Positions 1 to 20,965 of a DNA stretch of 64,000 nt are shown piece by piece; position 1 is the stretch's first letter; each line of letters opens with the position of its first letter. This DNA comes from Paraspadella gotoi. Lineage: Eukaryota; Animalia; Chaetognatha. Location: contig CM119269.1 of the NCBI GenBank assembly GCA_051294375.1, forward strand, positions 460,272-524,271, written 5' to 3'. The notes beneath the pieces are model-generated. The model was given only the letters and a program-made list of their open reading frames with translations, was not told where the DNA came from and did no database searches. Position numbers and translations under genes: made by a program.

Positions 1-1610
1 ATCCAGCGATCGAGTTTTCTTTGTCCATAAACGCGGCGCCGTCCGACTTAATGTTGGCTGCCGGCGCCGACCTTCAATGCCCGGCGCTGTCCAGCCTGTC
101 ACGGCGACGCCTTCCACGCCCATTGCGGCTCGGCACTCCTTGGCGCGGCATTCATGCCTGGCACTGGCCAGCGACCAGCGCCATCCAGTTTGGCCTCAAC
201 GATTTAACAACGTTGGCCTCTTGCCCGCTTTTTTTTTCCTTGCTTCCCCTCCTCTTCCTCCTCCTCCTCCTCCTCCTCCTCCCCTCCTCAACCCGCACAT
301 GTATCCATATCATGACCCCTCCAGTAATTTCATTTTTTCTCTGTCCTTGACTTTTCTCACTCTCTCTCACTTTCTAATTCTCTCCTCTAAACATTCGTGC
401 TGTATTTTCAATTACATCCCCTATGCTCTTCCTTACATCAATTACATCCCTTCTTTTACAGTTTCTGTCTCTTCCCTCTCTCTCTCAATTCTCTCTCCCT
501 CCACTCTCTCTCCCTCCCTCTCTCTCTCCCTCTCTCTCTCGTTTTTCTTCCGCCGCCAATTTATGCTAAAAAATGACGCGAGTGGAGAGTCGACGTGAGG
601 CCAGGAGGGAAGGGGGGCGATGGATGAGGGGCGATGGGGGTGAAGTTAGGTGGTAAGAGGCGTGAGGGGACATATGATGGCGATATTAGGACCACAGGAG
701 TAAGGGGCTATAAGTAAATTTTTATATTTTTATATTGTTTAATTCCTTTCTCCATTGTATAATCAAAATCTCAGCTCAACATGTTCTCTTGTTTTGACAT
801 TAGACATTGTTTGTACTGAATGAACCATGTTGAATTCCGCACGCAAGTTCCGCACACATGTTGAATAACTTGAATTCCGCACACAAGTGGGCGGAAAGGA
901 TGCGATGCAGGGGCAAAGGAGGGCAATAAGGGGCGGAGGTAAAGGACTACTATTGTAAAGAGTTTCCTCTTTACGCTCGCGAAATCAAACGTTCTTGATG
1001 TCGCCCGTCCTTAAAGTTGACCTTAAAATATTTGACCAAACGCTGGAATTAAGAGAAAGCGAGACATGGCCTTTTCAACAACTATATTGGGTGAAAAGGG
1101 TGAACACTGAATGGGGGTCGAAGAACCAATAAAAGGCATAGAGGATGCTGGTTACTAGAAAGGTATTGTTAAGGGCCTACAAAAGATGGCGAAGGCCAGA
1201 ATGATAATAAATAAAAACGAGAGGAGATATTGTTTTTAAAAAAAAGGAAGCAAGAAATGAAGCGACTGGAAATAAGTGGTTAAAAAGCGCGCTTCGTACG
1301 ATGTAGGGGGGACCACAATTGTTTTATGGCCACGAAAGAAAAGTCCACAATGGTTTTAATTTTATGGCTACGAATGAAAAGCCCACGATGATTTTTCTAT
1401 GAAATAAAACATGAAAATAATACAGAAAATGGAGAAAATAATTACAATTTTCCACCAAATTAACAAATTCATAGCAAATTCGCTTTCAAAAATAATAGTG
1501 ATCTTTTGATAAAAAAAAATTATCATAATTAATGCATTTGGTCGCAAATTGCATACTGCATACTGCATATATGCAATGCATAGCAACTTTTTGCAAGGAG
1601 ATACATTTCC

Positions 1611-1641
<31 letters not shown>

Positions 1642-1832
1642 AACGGCATTCAACGTCATCGTAAATAAAGTTTTCTTTTCAAAATCCAAATCGTATATTT
1701 TCTTCTTTTTTTTTCTGTCTTTTTTTTTTCCACGGTTTCAAATGGGAACAGAAAAAAAAAGTGGTGATGTTTACAGTCGCTTGTGGGCGGTAGGGATGGA
1801 GGCGGCGGAGGCGGCGGAGGCGGAGGCTACGG

Positions 1833-1866
<34 letters not shown>

Positions 1867-2050
1867 TTCGTGAGGGTAGCGACGCCGACAAGGGGCCAAG
1901 AGCGTGAAGGCGTTTTTTCTCTCACACAAATCCCGATGTGAATTTTTAGGACTTTGAGGTCAGAAGAGAGAGAGATAGAGAGAGAGAGAGAAGGAAGGAA
2001 TTCAAGGGAAAAGAAATATTTTAAAATGCATATGGTTTGTGTCTGTCTCC

Positions 2051-2104
<54 letters not shown>

Positions 2105-3105
2105 TTCCGATCACCAATCGACATTCGTCTCACGCTTCGTCGCCCGCGTTTCGACGCTCGACGCCTTTTGACGTTTTACGCCGCCGCAGCCGCCGCCGCC
2201 GCCGCCTTCCCTTTTTTATGACGAAACGCCGAGAAAAAATTTAATGTATGAAATATCAAATGTTAAACATTAAAATGTTTTCGCCCAAAAAGAAAAAAAA
2301 ATATCGTTTTTTAGGAAAAATAAATTTGTAATTTTGACGTTAGATGGGAGAGACTGCAAGAGAGGGAGGAAGAAGAGGAAGAAGAGGCTCATTAGCTCTT
2401 TACCAAATTAATCGATAACATCGTTAATCACCCCTGCTACGAAGGAATAAATGAATGAATGAATGAATGAATTCATATGTTCATAAGGCGCTAAGTGGGC
2501 TGAAAAGCGCAACTTCTTTAACCCCTCTAGCAGCCATGGGCTGGGAACCAGGCTTGAGAGTTTTACGGTCGTCCTCACGCTTCCAGCAGGCGGGGTGAAC
2601 TTAGGCAATGCCCGACTACATATACAATAGACATCTATTCATCATTTAATTTTAATTGCTCGTCTATCAAGTTGCTCATTCGCGATTCATCAGTCATCCC
2701 TCTCGTTCATTCCTCATTCATTCGTCAAAAAAGCAAATAGCTTCGCCCTCCGCACGCAACTTCTGCTTCGCGCGACTCAAGCAGAAAATAAACTGCGGTT
2801 TTTGCAAAAAGACGAACAAAAGGGAAACAATAAAAGAGAACGACTGAAGGGGGGAGAGAGAGAGAGAGAGAGATAGAGAGGGAGAGTTAAGGAGGGAGAG
2901 AGGGGGAAAAGAGAGTGATAAGAGGAGGGAAGAAGGAGAGAGAGTGATTTAATAAAAAGGAGTGAGTTAAGGAGGGAGAGAGAGAAAGGAGGGAGAGGAC
3001 AGGGTGGACAGGGGGGGGGGGTTTAAAGGGTAAGAGAGAGAGAGAGATAGATAAAGAAAGGCAGAGAGGGAGAGGGCGAGAGGAGCTGCTAAGGACTATG
3101 GACAG

Positions 3106-3365
3106 TAAGGTGCAGTGAAACTTTAGAATCAATATTTAGCAATTATATATTGAAAACTATCTTATTAGTAAAAACTAATCTATAGTTTTTTTTATTTACT
3201 AATATATATATTATATTATATTATATTATATATATTATATTTACTACTTTACTAACTTAGATAAGATAAAATAAATTTACTAAAGTATTCTTATCAGTTT
3301 TTATTTTTATGTTCTCGTTGCTAAATTTTAATTTTATAAAATTTTATTATTTTCATATCACAGTC
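3106..3365. mobile_element. Degenerate, internally deleted copy of the MITE at 53893-54372
   Basis: 5' end taaggtgcagtgaaactttagaatcaatatttagc resembles tagggtgaaatgaaagtttggaatcaaaatttagc at 53893; 3' end ttattattttcatatcac resembles 54350-54368; no clean TSD. Confidence 0.6.
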
Positions 3366-4499
3366 TGTCAGGACTAGGGATGTGGCTAAATACAGGGTGT
3401 GAGTTGGAAAGACGAGGATTTTTTTGGGACTGGAGAGGTTTTCTTGTCGATATGAAGTAAGATGAGTTGCTTGTGAAATACTATCCAGGAAAAAAGGATA
3501 TCACTTTTTAGTAGAGGTTATCTACTCGAAAACTTGTTTGATTTTAAAAAAATAAGAATATTTCTGAATCTATATTAAATTTTTTTTTCAGTAGCGTTTT
3601 TCTAATTTTTCGTATTTCAAATCGTTACTGGCAAAAAAAGATCGCTCCCTCAAATAAAAAATGGTAAAAAAATCATATTTAATTTTTTACCATTTTTAAT
3701 ATTTAATATTTATTTTAATTTTAAATTAGGTTAATTATTTTTTTAGTTTTTTTTTAATTTAGCAATGTTATAAGCATTGCACCTCTTTTTGGTTCATTAA
3801 AGTATCTTTTTATCTCTTAAAAAAGAGGGAAACGTTGGTGGCAGGGCTGAAAAGAATTGCGTTAAAGGTGTGAAAAAATATTTCACCATCATACCTCAAT
3901 TCGCTGTATGAGAGCATGCCCAGTAGTTGATGCCAAAAGAGGGTAAACCAAATATGATATGTTTTATATATATTTTATTGAACAAATGAACTTTTCAACA
4001 ATAATGTGATGTACTTTTTTCCTATATAGTAAGCATACATCTTGGGAGATTTTTTGAAGACATTGATTAAAATATACTTCCTTGTAAACATTTTAAATTA
4101 AAATTGAAAAGATATTAAGTTTACCAAAATTGTAAATGGTTGCTTGGAAATAAGAGACGTGAATTTTTCTATCACAGCGAGAATTCGAATATTCACTTAT
4201 CCCGAAAGAGGAGGTCGTGGGGGGGGGTCAACGGCGAATTGCCTGAGAGAAGAATTGTTGTCGAATGTTATTGTTGTCGTTGTTGTTGTTATTGGCGAAA
4301 GGTTGCCTTTCTTTTTCCGCCCTTCCTACCAACCCCACGTCGGCCAATAACAATAACCACATCGTCCGGCTACAAAAAAAAATGGGGACGACCTTACCCG
4401 CTTTAACTTTCCTAAACGTGAGACCGAACCTTCCCTTTTTGAGTAAACATTCCCTGCTGCCCCTCGACTTTGTCCGCTCCGCCCGATTGACCGCCCCTT

Positions 4500-5045
4500 T
4501 TGGTCCTCCCCTTTCGCCCTCTCCCTCACTTCCTCTTCCTTCCCCTGTCCCTCTCCCTTCTTCCTCTCCCTTCCCCTTCTTCCTCTCACTTCCCCTTCTT
4601 CCTCTCCCTCCCCCTCTTCCTCTCCTATCCCCTTCTTCCTCTCACTTCCCCTCTTCCTCTCTCTTCCCCTTCTTCCTCTCCCTCCCCCTCTTCCTCTCCC
4701 TTCCCCTTCTTCCTCTCACTTCCCCTCTTCCCCCCTGTTGTTTCCTCGTAAAACGAGTTGACCCTTGGAAACAAAACTGCAGTTGCTCCTCCAGGGGAAG
4801 TGTGGGAGGAAGAGGGAGGAAAGGAGAAGAGAAAAGAAAGAGAGAGAAGGAAAGGAGAAGAGAGGGAAGGGAATTGGGGAAGAGAAGAGGAGGAAATGGA
4901 AAAAGAAAAAGAATGAAGAAAGAGAAGCAAGGAGAAAAGAGAAGGAAAGGAAAGGATGAATATAAAGAAGGAAGAAGAAGAAAGAGGAACTCGTTTAAGT
5001 TTCCCGCCATTACGTTTTCTATCACTACTATGCGGAAGAAGAGCT

Positions 5046-5140
<95 letters not shown>

Positions 5141-5355
5141 GCCTCTTTTTTAACAGACGAGTTGTTCACGTAAACGGACTGCGCCTGCAATTGAAGCGCG
5201 ATAGAGAGGGAGTGTCGGAGGAAGAGACTGAGAGAGAGAGAGACAGAGAGTGAGAGAGAGAGAAAAAGAAAGAGAGATAGAGAGAGAGAGCTTTTAATCG
5301 GTTTTAAAACAAAAAGATTTTTTTTTCATTGAAGGATTATTCAACAGCCCTTACA

Positions 5356-5406
<51 letters not shown>

Positions 5407-5438
5407 TGACAACTGAATCCGCTTGTCCAAAGATTGAA

Positions 5439-5523
<85 letters not shown>

Positions 5524-6249
5524 CTCTCTCCCTTCCCTCTCCTCTCTCTCCTTGGACTAGATACCCTACAGTGTTTTTTTTTATACACTTGACAAACAAA
5601 ACTCAAATTCTCATAAAAAGAAAAATAAAAAATAGTTTTTTTGGCAAAAAAAATCCATTCTGGTTTTTTCGTTTATCCAACTTCGTTTCTCTAAAGACTA
5701 GAGCCGATTTTTCCTCAGGCTTCCTAGTTTTCTTTTCTTTTCTTTTCTTTTCTTTTCTTTTTATTTTTTTTTTGTTTCTTTTCTATTCTTTTTTTTCTTT
5801 TTTTTATTGATTCTTTCTTTTCCTATCTATTTTTTTTTCTTGTTAACTTTTTTCTTTCTTTGTTTACTTTTCTTTTTTATTTTATTTTCTTTTCCTATTT
5901 ATCTCTTTTACCTTCTCTTTCTCTTTTACCTTTCTTTCTCCCATACTTCTCCCCTCCCATTTTCTCCCTTCTCTTTCCTTCCTTCATTTCCTTTCTTCTT
6001 CCTCCTTTTCTCTCTCTTTTCTTTCCTCCATTCCTCCCTCTTCCGCCCCAACCCCTCCCCCCGCCGTAAACACATGTTCCCCGTTCATGAAGTCATACTT
6101 CATGTTTGGCTTTTCTATGGCGCAACCATAGACGCCCGCGCACCATACCGGCCTTTTCAGCGTTCCCTTTTTTCGGCGAGATGGATTTATAGCTCCGTTC
6201 GGCGCGCGAAAGACGATCATAAAAGAGTCGGGGCGGGATGGGGGAGGAA

Positions 6250-6300
<51 letters not shown>

Positions 6301-7566
6301 ATTGAAGGCATTGACAGCGGCGGTGGCGGGCGGCGGCGGCGAATTCACAAAGCGGTTTCAGTTTTAACTTATTTTTTTCTTCTTTTTTTGATGATGAATT
6401 TCCATCAATTTTAATGTAACAATTCTGTAACAAGTGTAGCAGACTAATTTGTGGTTCATTATCAAGTATAATAGCAAAAAGAACAATGCGAGCATTCTAC
6501 CACTAACCATAAAGTCAACAATAATAACAATATATGATGCCCCCCCCGTGAGACAAGTTTCAAATTATTTTGCCTGAGGCAAAAAAAAATGTGGAGGTGT
6601 ACAAAGTGAAAGTTTTTGTTGTAGAAGATTTGACTATTGGTAGAGCTGACAACCGCCGCACGGTTACGAAGCGTTGATCTGGTATGGGTCGTGTACTGGT
6701 GGTGACAGCGGCGGTGGATTAGTTGGAAGAGGCGGCGACAGCGGCAGCAGCTGCGGCGGCAGCGGGAATAGCGGCAGCATCAGAGGTCGTTGAGTCGAAA
6801 TAAAACGGAGACATCCAAAGCCACTTTGCAACGACGAGACCGACAGACTGACTGAACGACAGACCGACCGACCGACCGACAGACCGACAAGTTGGCGGTT
6901 AAACTTAAAGAGAAGTCGAAATGGAGATCGACGCCTCATTAACTTGAGACTTGACTCTTTACAAAGTCTTTATAGAAGGTTTTTTTTGGGAGGGGAGAGA
7001 GAGAGAGAGAGAGAAGGGAAAAGAGAGAGATAGAGGGAGGAGAGAAGAGAATGAGGGAGGGAGAGAGAGAGGGGAGAGATAAAGGGAAAGGGGAAGAAGG
7101 GAGGAACATAGAGAGATAGAGGGGGGAAGAGAGAGAAGAGGGAAGAGAGAGATAGGAGAGGTGGAAGAGAGAGAATAGAGAGAAAGGGGAGAGAGAAAGG
7201 AAAGGGGAAGAGAGGGAGGAGCATAGAGAGATAGAGGGGGAGGAGAGAGAGGGAGAAAGAGAGAGATAGGAAGAGGAAGAGAGAGAATGAGGGAGGGAGA
7301 GAGAGAGAGGGAGGAGATAAAGGGAAAGGGGGAAGAGAGGGAGGAGCATAGAGAGATAGAAGGGGGGAAGAGAGAGAGAGAGGGAAAGAGAGAGATAGGA
7401 GAGGTGGAAGAGAGAGAATAAAGAGAGAGGGGGAGAGAGAGAGAGAGGGGAGAGAGAAAGGGAAAGGGGGAGAGAGGAAGGAGCATAGAGAGATAGAGGG
7501 GGAAGAGAGGGAGAGATGGAAAAGAGAGAGAGGAGGACGAGAGAAAGAAAAGGGGAATAGAGAGGG

Positions 7567-7627
<61 letters not shown>

Positions 7628-7645
7628 GGGGAAGAGAGAAAGAAT
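4500..7645. repeat. Cluster of (GA/CT)n, (GAC)n and (GGC)n microsatellites plus a GA-rich minisatellite (~6990-7560)
   Basis: Directly visible, e.g. (AG)n 5048-5132, (GAC)n 5357-5405, (GCG)n 6250-6300, and the recurring unit gaggagcatagagagatagagggg. ORFs here are low-complexity artefacts. Confidence 0.95.
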
Positions 7646-8654
7646 TAACTGCGGTTCATAGTTCACCGAATATCTAATTTACTACATACGACCTTTGAGT
7701 TGGCGATATACTCACGCTCAATAAATCTACAGAAGTTTCAATAAATTAAAAATTATAGTTAAATCTTTTGATAATTTACTAAAGAAAAAAAATGTAGAAT
7801 TATTGAAATATGAATGAATATCAGATTCTGTACAAAATAAGTACAGCACTAAGCTCGTATTCGGGATATTCCCAAGTTCTTGGGGACTGGAACCGGGAAC
7901 AAGGTTTACGGCCGTCCTCACGCTTCCCGATGAGTAGGCTCCTTTGGGGAGTTATCAGGGTACCTTACGGTCTACAGGTAACGTTATTAATTATTTAATT
8001 AATATTAAAAAATCAATGAGCCAGCTGGTAACGACTGAAGGCGTCCGACTAAACAATAAAATTTAAAAAAGACAAGAAATAGGCGACAGAGAGAGAGAGA
8101 GAGATTATAATGGGTTAACCTTCGCATGTTAAAATTTAGCGCGCTGCGGAAGCTTCGTTCTTATTAGTGAATCAAAAACTATTTTTCTTCGCGATTGGTT
8201 TGGGGATTTTCGCGTTGAATCACCACTAGAAACGAAAACTTTTAGAAAACTATGTATGTAAGATGAAATGAAAGGTGCTTTAAACGTCATCACAAGCACA
8301 GCATGTAAATTTTCGCTATAGGAATTTTTCAGTTTTTCTCTGTAATTGCTTTACCACTGATGAAAAAAACAAAAAAGTGTTATTTTTTTAACTTAGCACA
8401 GTATTTCTATAGCAAAAATTTACATAATATCGTAAATGAAATGTTATTTTTTGTTTTCTTTGCAGAAAACATGTTTCGCATTAATGAAGGCTAATTCTTG
8501 TTGAATTTCAACAAGACACCCACCAAAACATTGGTTGTTACAACTAAAATAAAATATATTAATTTTTACGAATATTTAAGCTGAATGACCCTTCCTCTTA
8601 AACCTTGAGTCAAATTTCGCAAAAACAAACAAACAAAAAAGCTCCAACGCGGAA

Positions 8655-8832
8655 GGGATGACGCAACCGCATGAAATTCTCAACTCGTCCAATCAGAATC
8701 CGCGGCTGTTGAATGAATCGACTAATCAGAGAAGGTATAGCAGAAACTAGTCACCGATTTTAACCAATCAGCGACGGGGCATGGCTCGATTCGACTAATC
8801 CACGAGCGGGAATCTCTTTCGGTGACGTCATA
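8655..8832 (+). promoter_or_regulatory. Proximal promoter of IRE1: CCAAT boxes and bZIP sites
   Basis: CCAATCAG at 8689 and 8764, two CTAATC variants, ATGACGCAA at 8658-8666 and palindromic TGACGTCA at 8823-8830, all ~270-440 bp upstream of the IRE1 ATG. Confidence 0.55.
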
Positions 8833-9094
8833 TATTGAAGCCCAAAAAGACAAAAATAGATCGAAAAGTAGAAAAAACCAGTTTCTCGAAAATTACGGAA
8901 TCAACTTTCTTTCCGCGGGCGATCAACTCTAAAGGTTTTTACTGTACACCAACAAAAGCCAGGATTTCTGTACAAAGAAAAAGCCGAAGAACAAACCCGT
9001 CAATTCAATTTGCAAAGATTCTGTCGAAACATTTAGATTTTACTGTACCTAATGACACGTTACTGTATCAACGAAACTTTTTTCTCGCGAGGAA

Positions 9095-16844
<7,750 letters not shown>

Positions 16845-18159
16845 CTTTTTATGTTTCATTCATCTGTTTGTGTAATCCTATTTTTTTCGAATGTAATAAA
16901 ATATCAATTTAATTCATTTTGATGTTTATTAGATATTTCAAATCGACGCCGCCTTAGCTGATTAACTTAAAGGCTACATTTATTTCTAGAAAAAAAATTA
17001 TTATTGCGAGAAGATAGATATTTATAATTATATATTTTAAAATTGAAAAAAAAAAACGCGTTGTCGATTTATAAATTCCTATTGATTTTATAAATTGTAA
17101 TTTTTTAGTAAGATCAGCTAGTTTAATTTGTATATATTTAAATATTCTTTTTGGAAAGGATTTAACATGATTATCATATGATTGTTATTAATATGAGTAA
17201 TAGCTTCGGTGTCAATTCCATGGTTTAAATGATTTGTGATTACTGAATTAAATGAAAACAATAAGTCTAACGTAATAACAAAAAATAATCTTGACACGTA
17301 GCTATTTTTAAAAATATATATATATATTTTTAACAGATAAATGATATCAAAATAATGATAAATGATAAATCATAAATGATATCATCTGCATTCCCAAATA
17401 TTTTTCAAAATTATTAACGTTTCATAAAAAACCAATAACATAAAAATCAAATATAAATAATTCATGAATACGTGTTTTACAGCCGCGGTATATAACTTCT
17501 TTTTTTCTGTCTCGACCCGGGAGACTAGAATCAAACTCTTTCAAGGATCGAAAGGGATGGGCGGAGGAGATAGAAAAAAGAAAGAAAAAAGAAAGAAAAA
17601 AAGAAAACTTAATAAGTTTAATAAAGATCGAATGGGAGGATTTTTTTTTCCTTCGCTTAGGTCAGATTAGTTTTCTCTCTCGATCGATTTTTTTTTCGTT
17701 TTGCTTCTCGTATTTCGTTGTCTTTCGGTGTTTTTGTTTTTTTTTGTTCTTGGATGAAAATTCTATGAACTTTTCGAACTTTAAAAATAAAAAAAAATCC
17801 TAAAAAGTCGATATCGATAAATAAGTTTTGTTTCGTCGAAATATCTCGTCTAATTTTGGGATTATTAGATCTCAATTTGAGAAAAAAAATTCTTGACAAC
17901 TTTCGACAATTTTGGTTTAAAACTTATTTATTTTGGGATTTATTTTCAAGAAATTCTACGCTCCTACTTTTCTACTTCTGTAATGTGCACAGGTTATTCA
18001 AAAAAAAAAATCTTAATACTTATGTTATTTACATCGATATAAAGGGCCAAAAAAAAACTGACTTTTAATTAGCTTCAGGTCTGCGACTTGTCAGTTTTAT
18101 ATTAAATTATATTTAAGGAGTGTAACGAAAATTCGTTTTTGAACAACAATTTAATAAAT

Positions 18160-18205
18160 TTATAAGGACATGTTTCGACTCTGTTTCGAGTCTTCATTAG
18201 CAATA
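18160..18205 (-). ncRNA. Degenerate minimal hammerhead-ribozyme motif (Penelope-type), core G5 mutated
   Basis: Minus strand reads CTAATGA-a-GACTC-gaaaca-GAGTC-GAAAC-AT-GTC. Confidence 0.55.
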
Positions 18206-18562
18206 TTAAATTATATTAAATTATAACGGTTAATTTAAGTGGAGAGGTTTTCAATTGACTAGCCGCAGGTCACTGGTCTCGTCACCGCGGAATTTTTTTG
18301 CCTGATAACTTTTAGATAAAAAAATAATTTACAATCATATAACAATAATAAAATACCATAATAATTTAATTCAATTGCAGACTGCATGATGTAGTGCAAA
18401 CAAAACAAAACTTGAATCGACGAAACAAAATCGATGTAAACAAAACAAAAAACCTAAAGTAAAAACGAAACAAAAATATTTTTTTATGAATTTAACTAAA
18501 ATTAAAACGACGCGTAAACCATAAACCATAAACCATAAACCAAAAAAAACGAAACTAGAAAT

Positions 18563-20895
18563 ATGAAAGAATCGCCGAGCAGCGAACTTTCTCCCCTCTT
18601 ATCATCGGAGGTCGCTAAGTGGCGCCTCCCTCACGCCCTCGGTCGCGCCTCCGACGCCGAATGTCGCCGACAGAGGGACATGGCGTCGTCGCGTCTCTCC
18701 CGAGCGCCGGGCGCCATGAAACTCTGCTTCCTTCCGTCAGAGGGCGGGGAGTTTCTCCAGTGGTTCGTCACGGACGGACAATGGTGTGTCGGGTTTATGT
18801 CGGACGATGACGACGACGAAGACGACGATGCGATGAAAGTGAACGTGAGGCGATTGGATCCTCACTGTGAATACGTGACTCGAGCAGAATTCACTCTCAC
18901 CGAGGATGTGATGCGGAGAGTGAAAAACGTTTGCGGTGGGATGCATCACTCGATTTGTTTGAGGAACAGGTGAAAAGGTTGAAAGATAATTACGACTAAT
19001 AAATGTATTTTAATTATATTTAAGTTGATTATTTTAAATACAACGATTTTAAAAGGCGATTTATCAGTTGGTTTTATAACTTTTAATTACGCCCTGATAC
19101 GTAACTTTCAAGTTGTTTCAATACAACACGTCTGCTTGATGATAATAAAATTGTTGATATAAAAAAAATTATTAGTATTCAGAGCTATTTTTAAATAATA
19201 AAATTATATATTTGTTTAAAAAAATAAGCTTCCTTGTCTCATAAACTCTGAGAAGCAATGATGGTTTAAGGCCTTCTTATCGCTTTCAAGCTTATACAAG
19301 CTTATAATCAAGCAAATCCCAGTAATTCCTTTTAATCAAAACTCGGTGGAGCTTATGTAAGGTATTTCATTCAACGAATTCTTTGTTCTTCCGAATTATA
19401 ATTTATTATCATTTTACACATCATCGAAGGAAGTTCCTGCGACGAGATGGAAGAATTATTATTAATATTATTATTATTAATGTTATTAATATTACCCTTT
19501 CCCTTCATCACAACCCAGCGAACACTTGGCCAAATACATATATTGCGGCTCGTGGTCGAGTCTTCAAATGAATCCCGACTCTCACCTTCGCAACTTCTTC
19601 GAACCACACCTGAAGAAGGTCGCACATCTCGTCAACGTGGCTCCGAGTGACTTGGAGGAAGAGAAAGAAGAGAAGAAACGGGATGAGGAGGTTTTGTATC
19701 CCGAGCTGAAGGTAAGTTAAAGGTAGGGTTTGGAAAGAGAGAGAGAGAGAAAGAGAGTGTGTGCGTGTGTGGTTGAGAGAGACAGAGAGAGAGAAAGAAA
19801 CTTTTCAATTATCCTTTCAAATATAAATGGTTCGAAATTCGATATTGAAGAGACAGTAATTATTGTTATGAGTTAGTGACAGAACCGCTCAATATAAACT
19901 GTCCCTGAGCAGTCCCTGATCAGTCCCTCTTAACTGCTAGGCGACCACCGGGCGAAAACCCCAATGGCCGCTGATGAATGGATTTTAGTCCACCATAATA
20001 TTAATATTCACCTTACAAAGTTAACTTACCCAATGTTCACAGTCCCGCCCTTCGTGGGTGTGTCAATTCAAGTCGAGGTCCACGACCCTCGCCCGCGTCA
20101 CCGCCGAGGCTTGGAATGTCCTTTTTCTCGGTCCGTCCGGCGCCGGGAAATCTCACGTCATCAACGTCATGTTTAATCAAAGAGTCGCGGATTCCGGCGC
20201 CGCCGGCGACAGTGTTACGACGAATTGCACGGTTCTGCAGGTGAAAACGAGGCTAAACGAACGATGTCTCGTAAGATACATTACATATAAATCCGTATAA
20301 ATACTGATAGGATTGTAAATGTATTGCACATTTATACAATACACACGTTTATAAATATTCAGATAAATTTGAAATATAAATGTTAGTTTATGAATATTAT
20401 ATATTATATAATATTATATTAATATTATATTATATATTATATTAATATTATATTAATATCATATTAATATTATATATATTATATATCTGATTGTGAATGA
20501 TGTTGTTGATGATGATGTTGTTGATGATGTTTGTCCACATGATCCTATTTTTTGGTTCTGATTCCATCTGCGATGATAATAATAATTAATCAAAATTAAT
20601 CTTCGTGAACATCAAATTCACGGCATCTCACTCACTCTCACACTCTCACAGGGTTCATGGCGAGGTCGTCCCATCAACATCATCGACACAGTGGGTTTCT
20701 CTAATTCCCGATCTTCGCCCCAAGAAATTCTCGAAGACATAAAATCCACTGTGAAGAACAGCATCGTCTTGATAGACGTCGTCGTCGTCGTCTGCTCGGA
20801 GAGGATCGCCGAGAGTCACCAAAAAGCCTTGAAGAAGTGTTTGAAGTGGCTTCAGTATTCAGCCAAGAGAAAGGCCAGGTTATAGGACTCTCTCT

Positions 20896-20965
<70 letters not shown>

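Noticed and set aside
21-7666. Many ORFs of 60-260 aa (poly-SL, RE, P, F)
   Set aside because: They are translations of GA/CT and trinucleotide microsatellites, with no domain or splice support.
19940-19996. Hammerhead ribozyme at CTGATGA (~19971)
   Set aside because: No GAAA after the hairpin and no stem III or cleavage triplet; it is the antisense of a SINE head.
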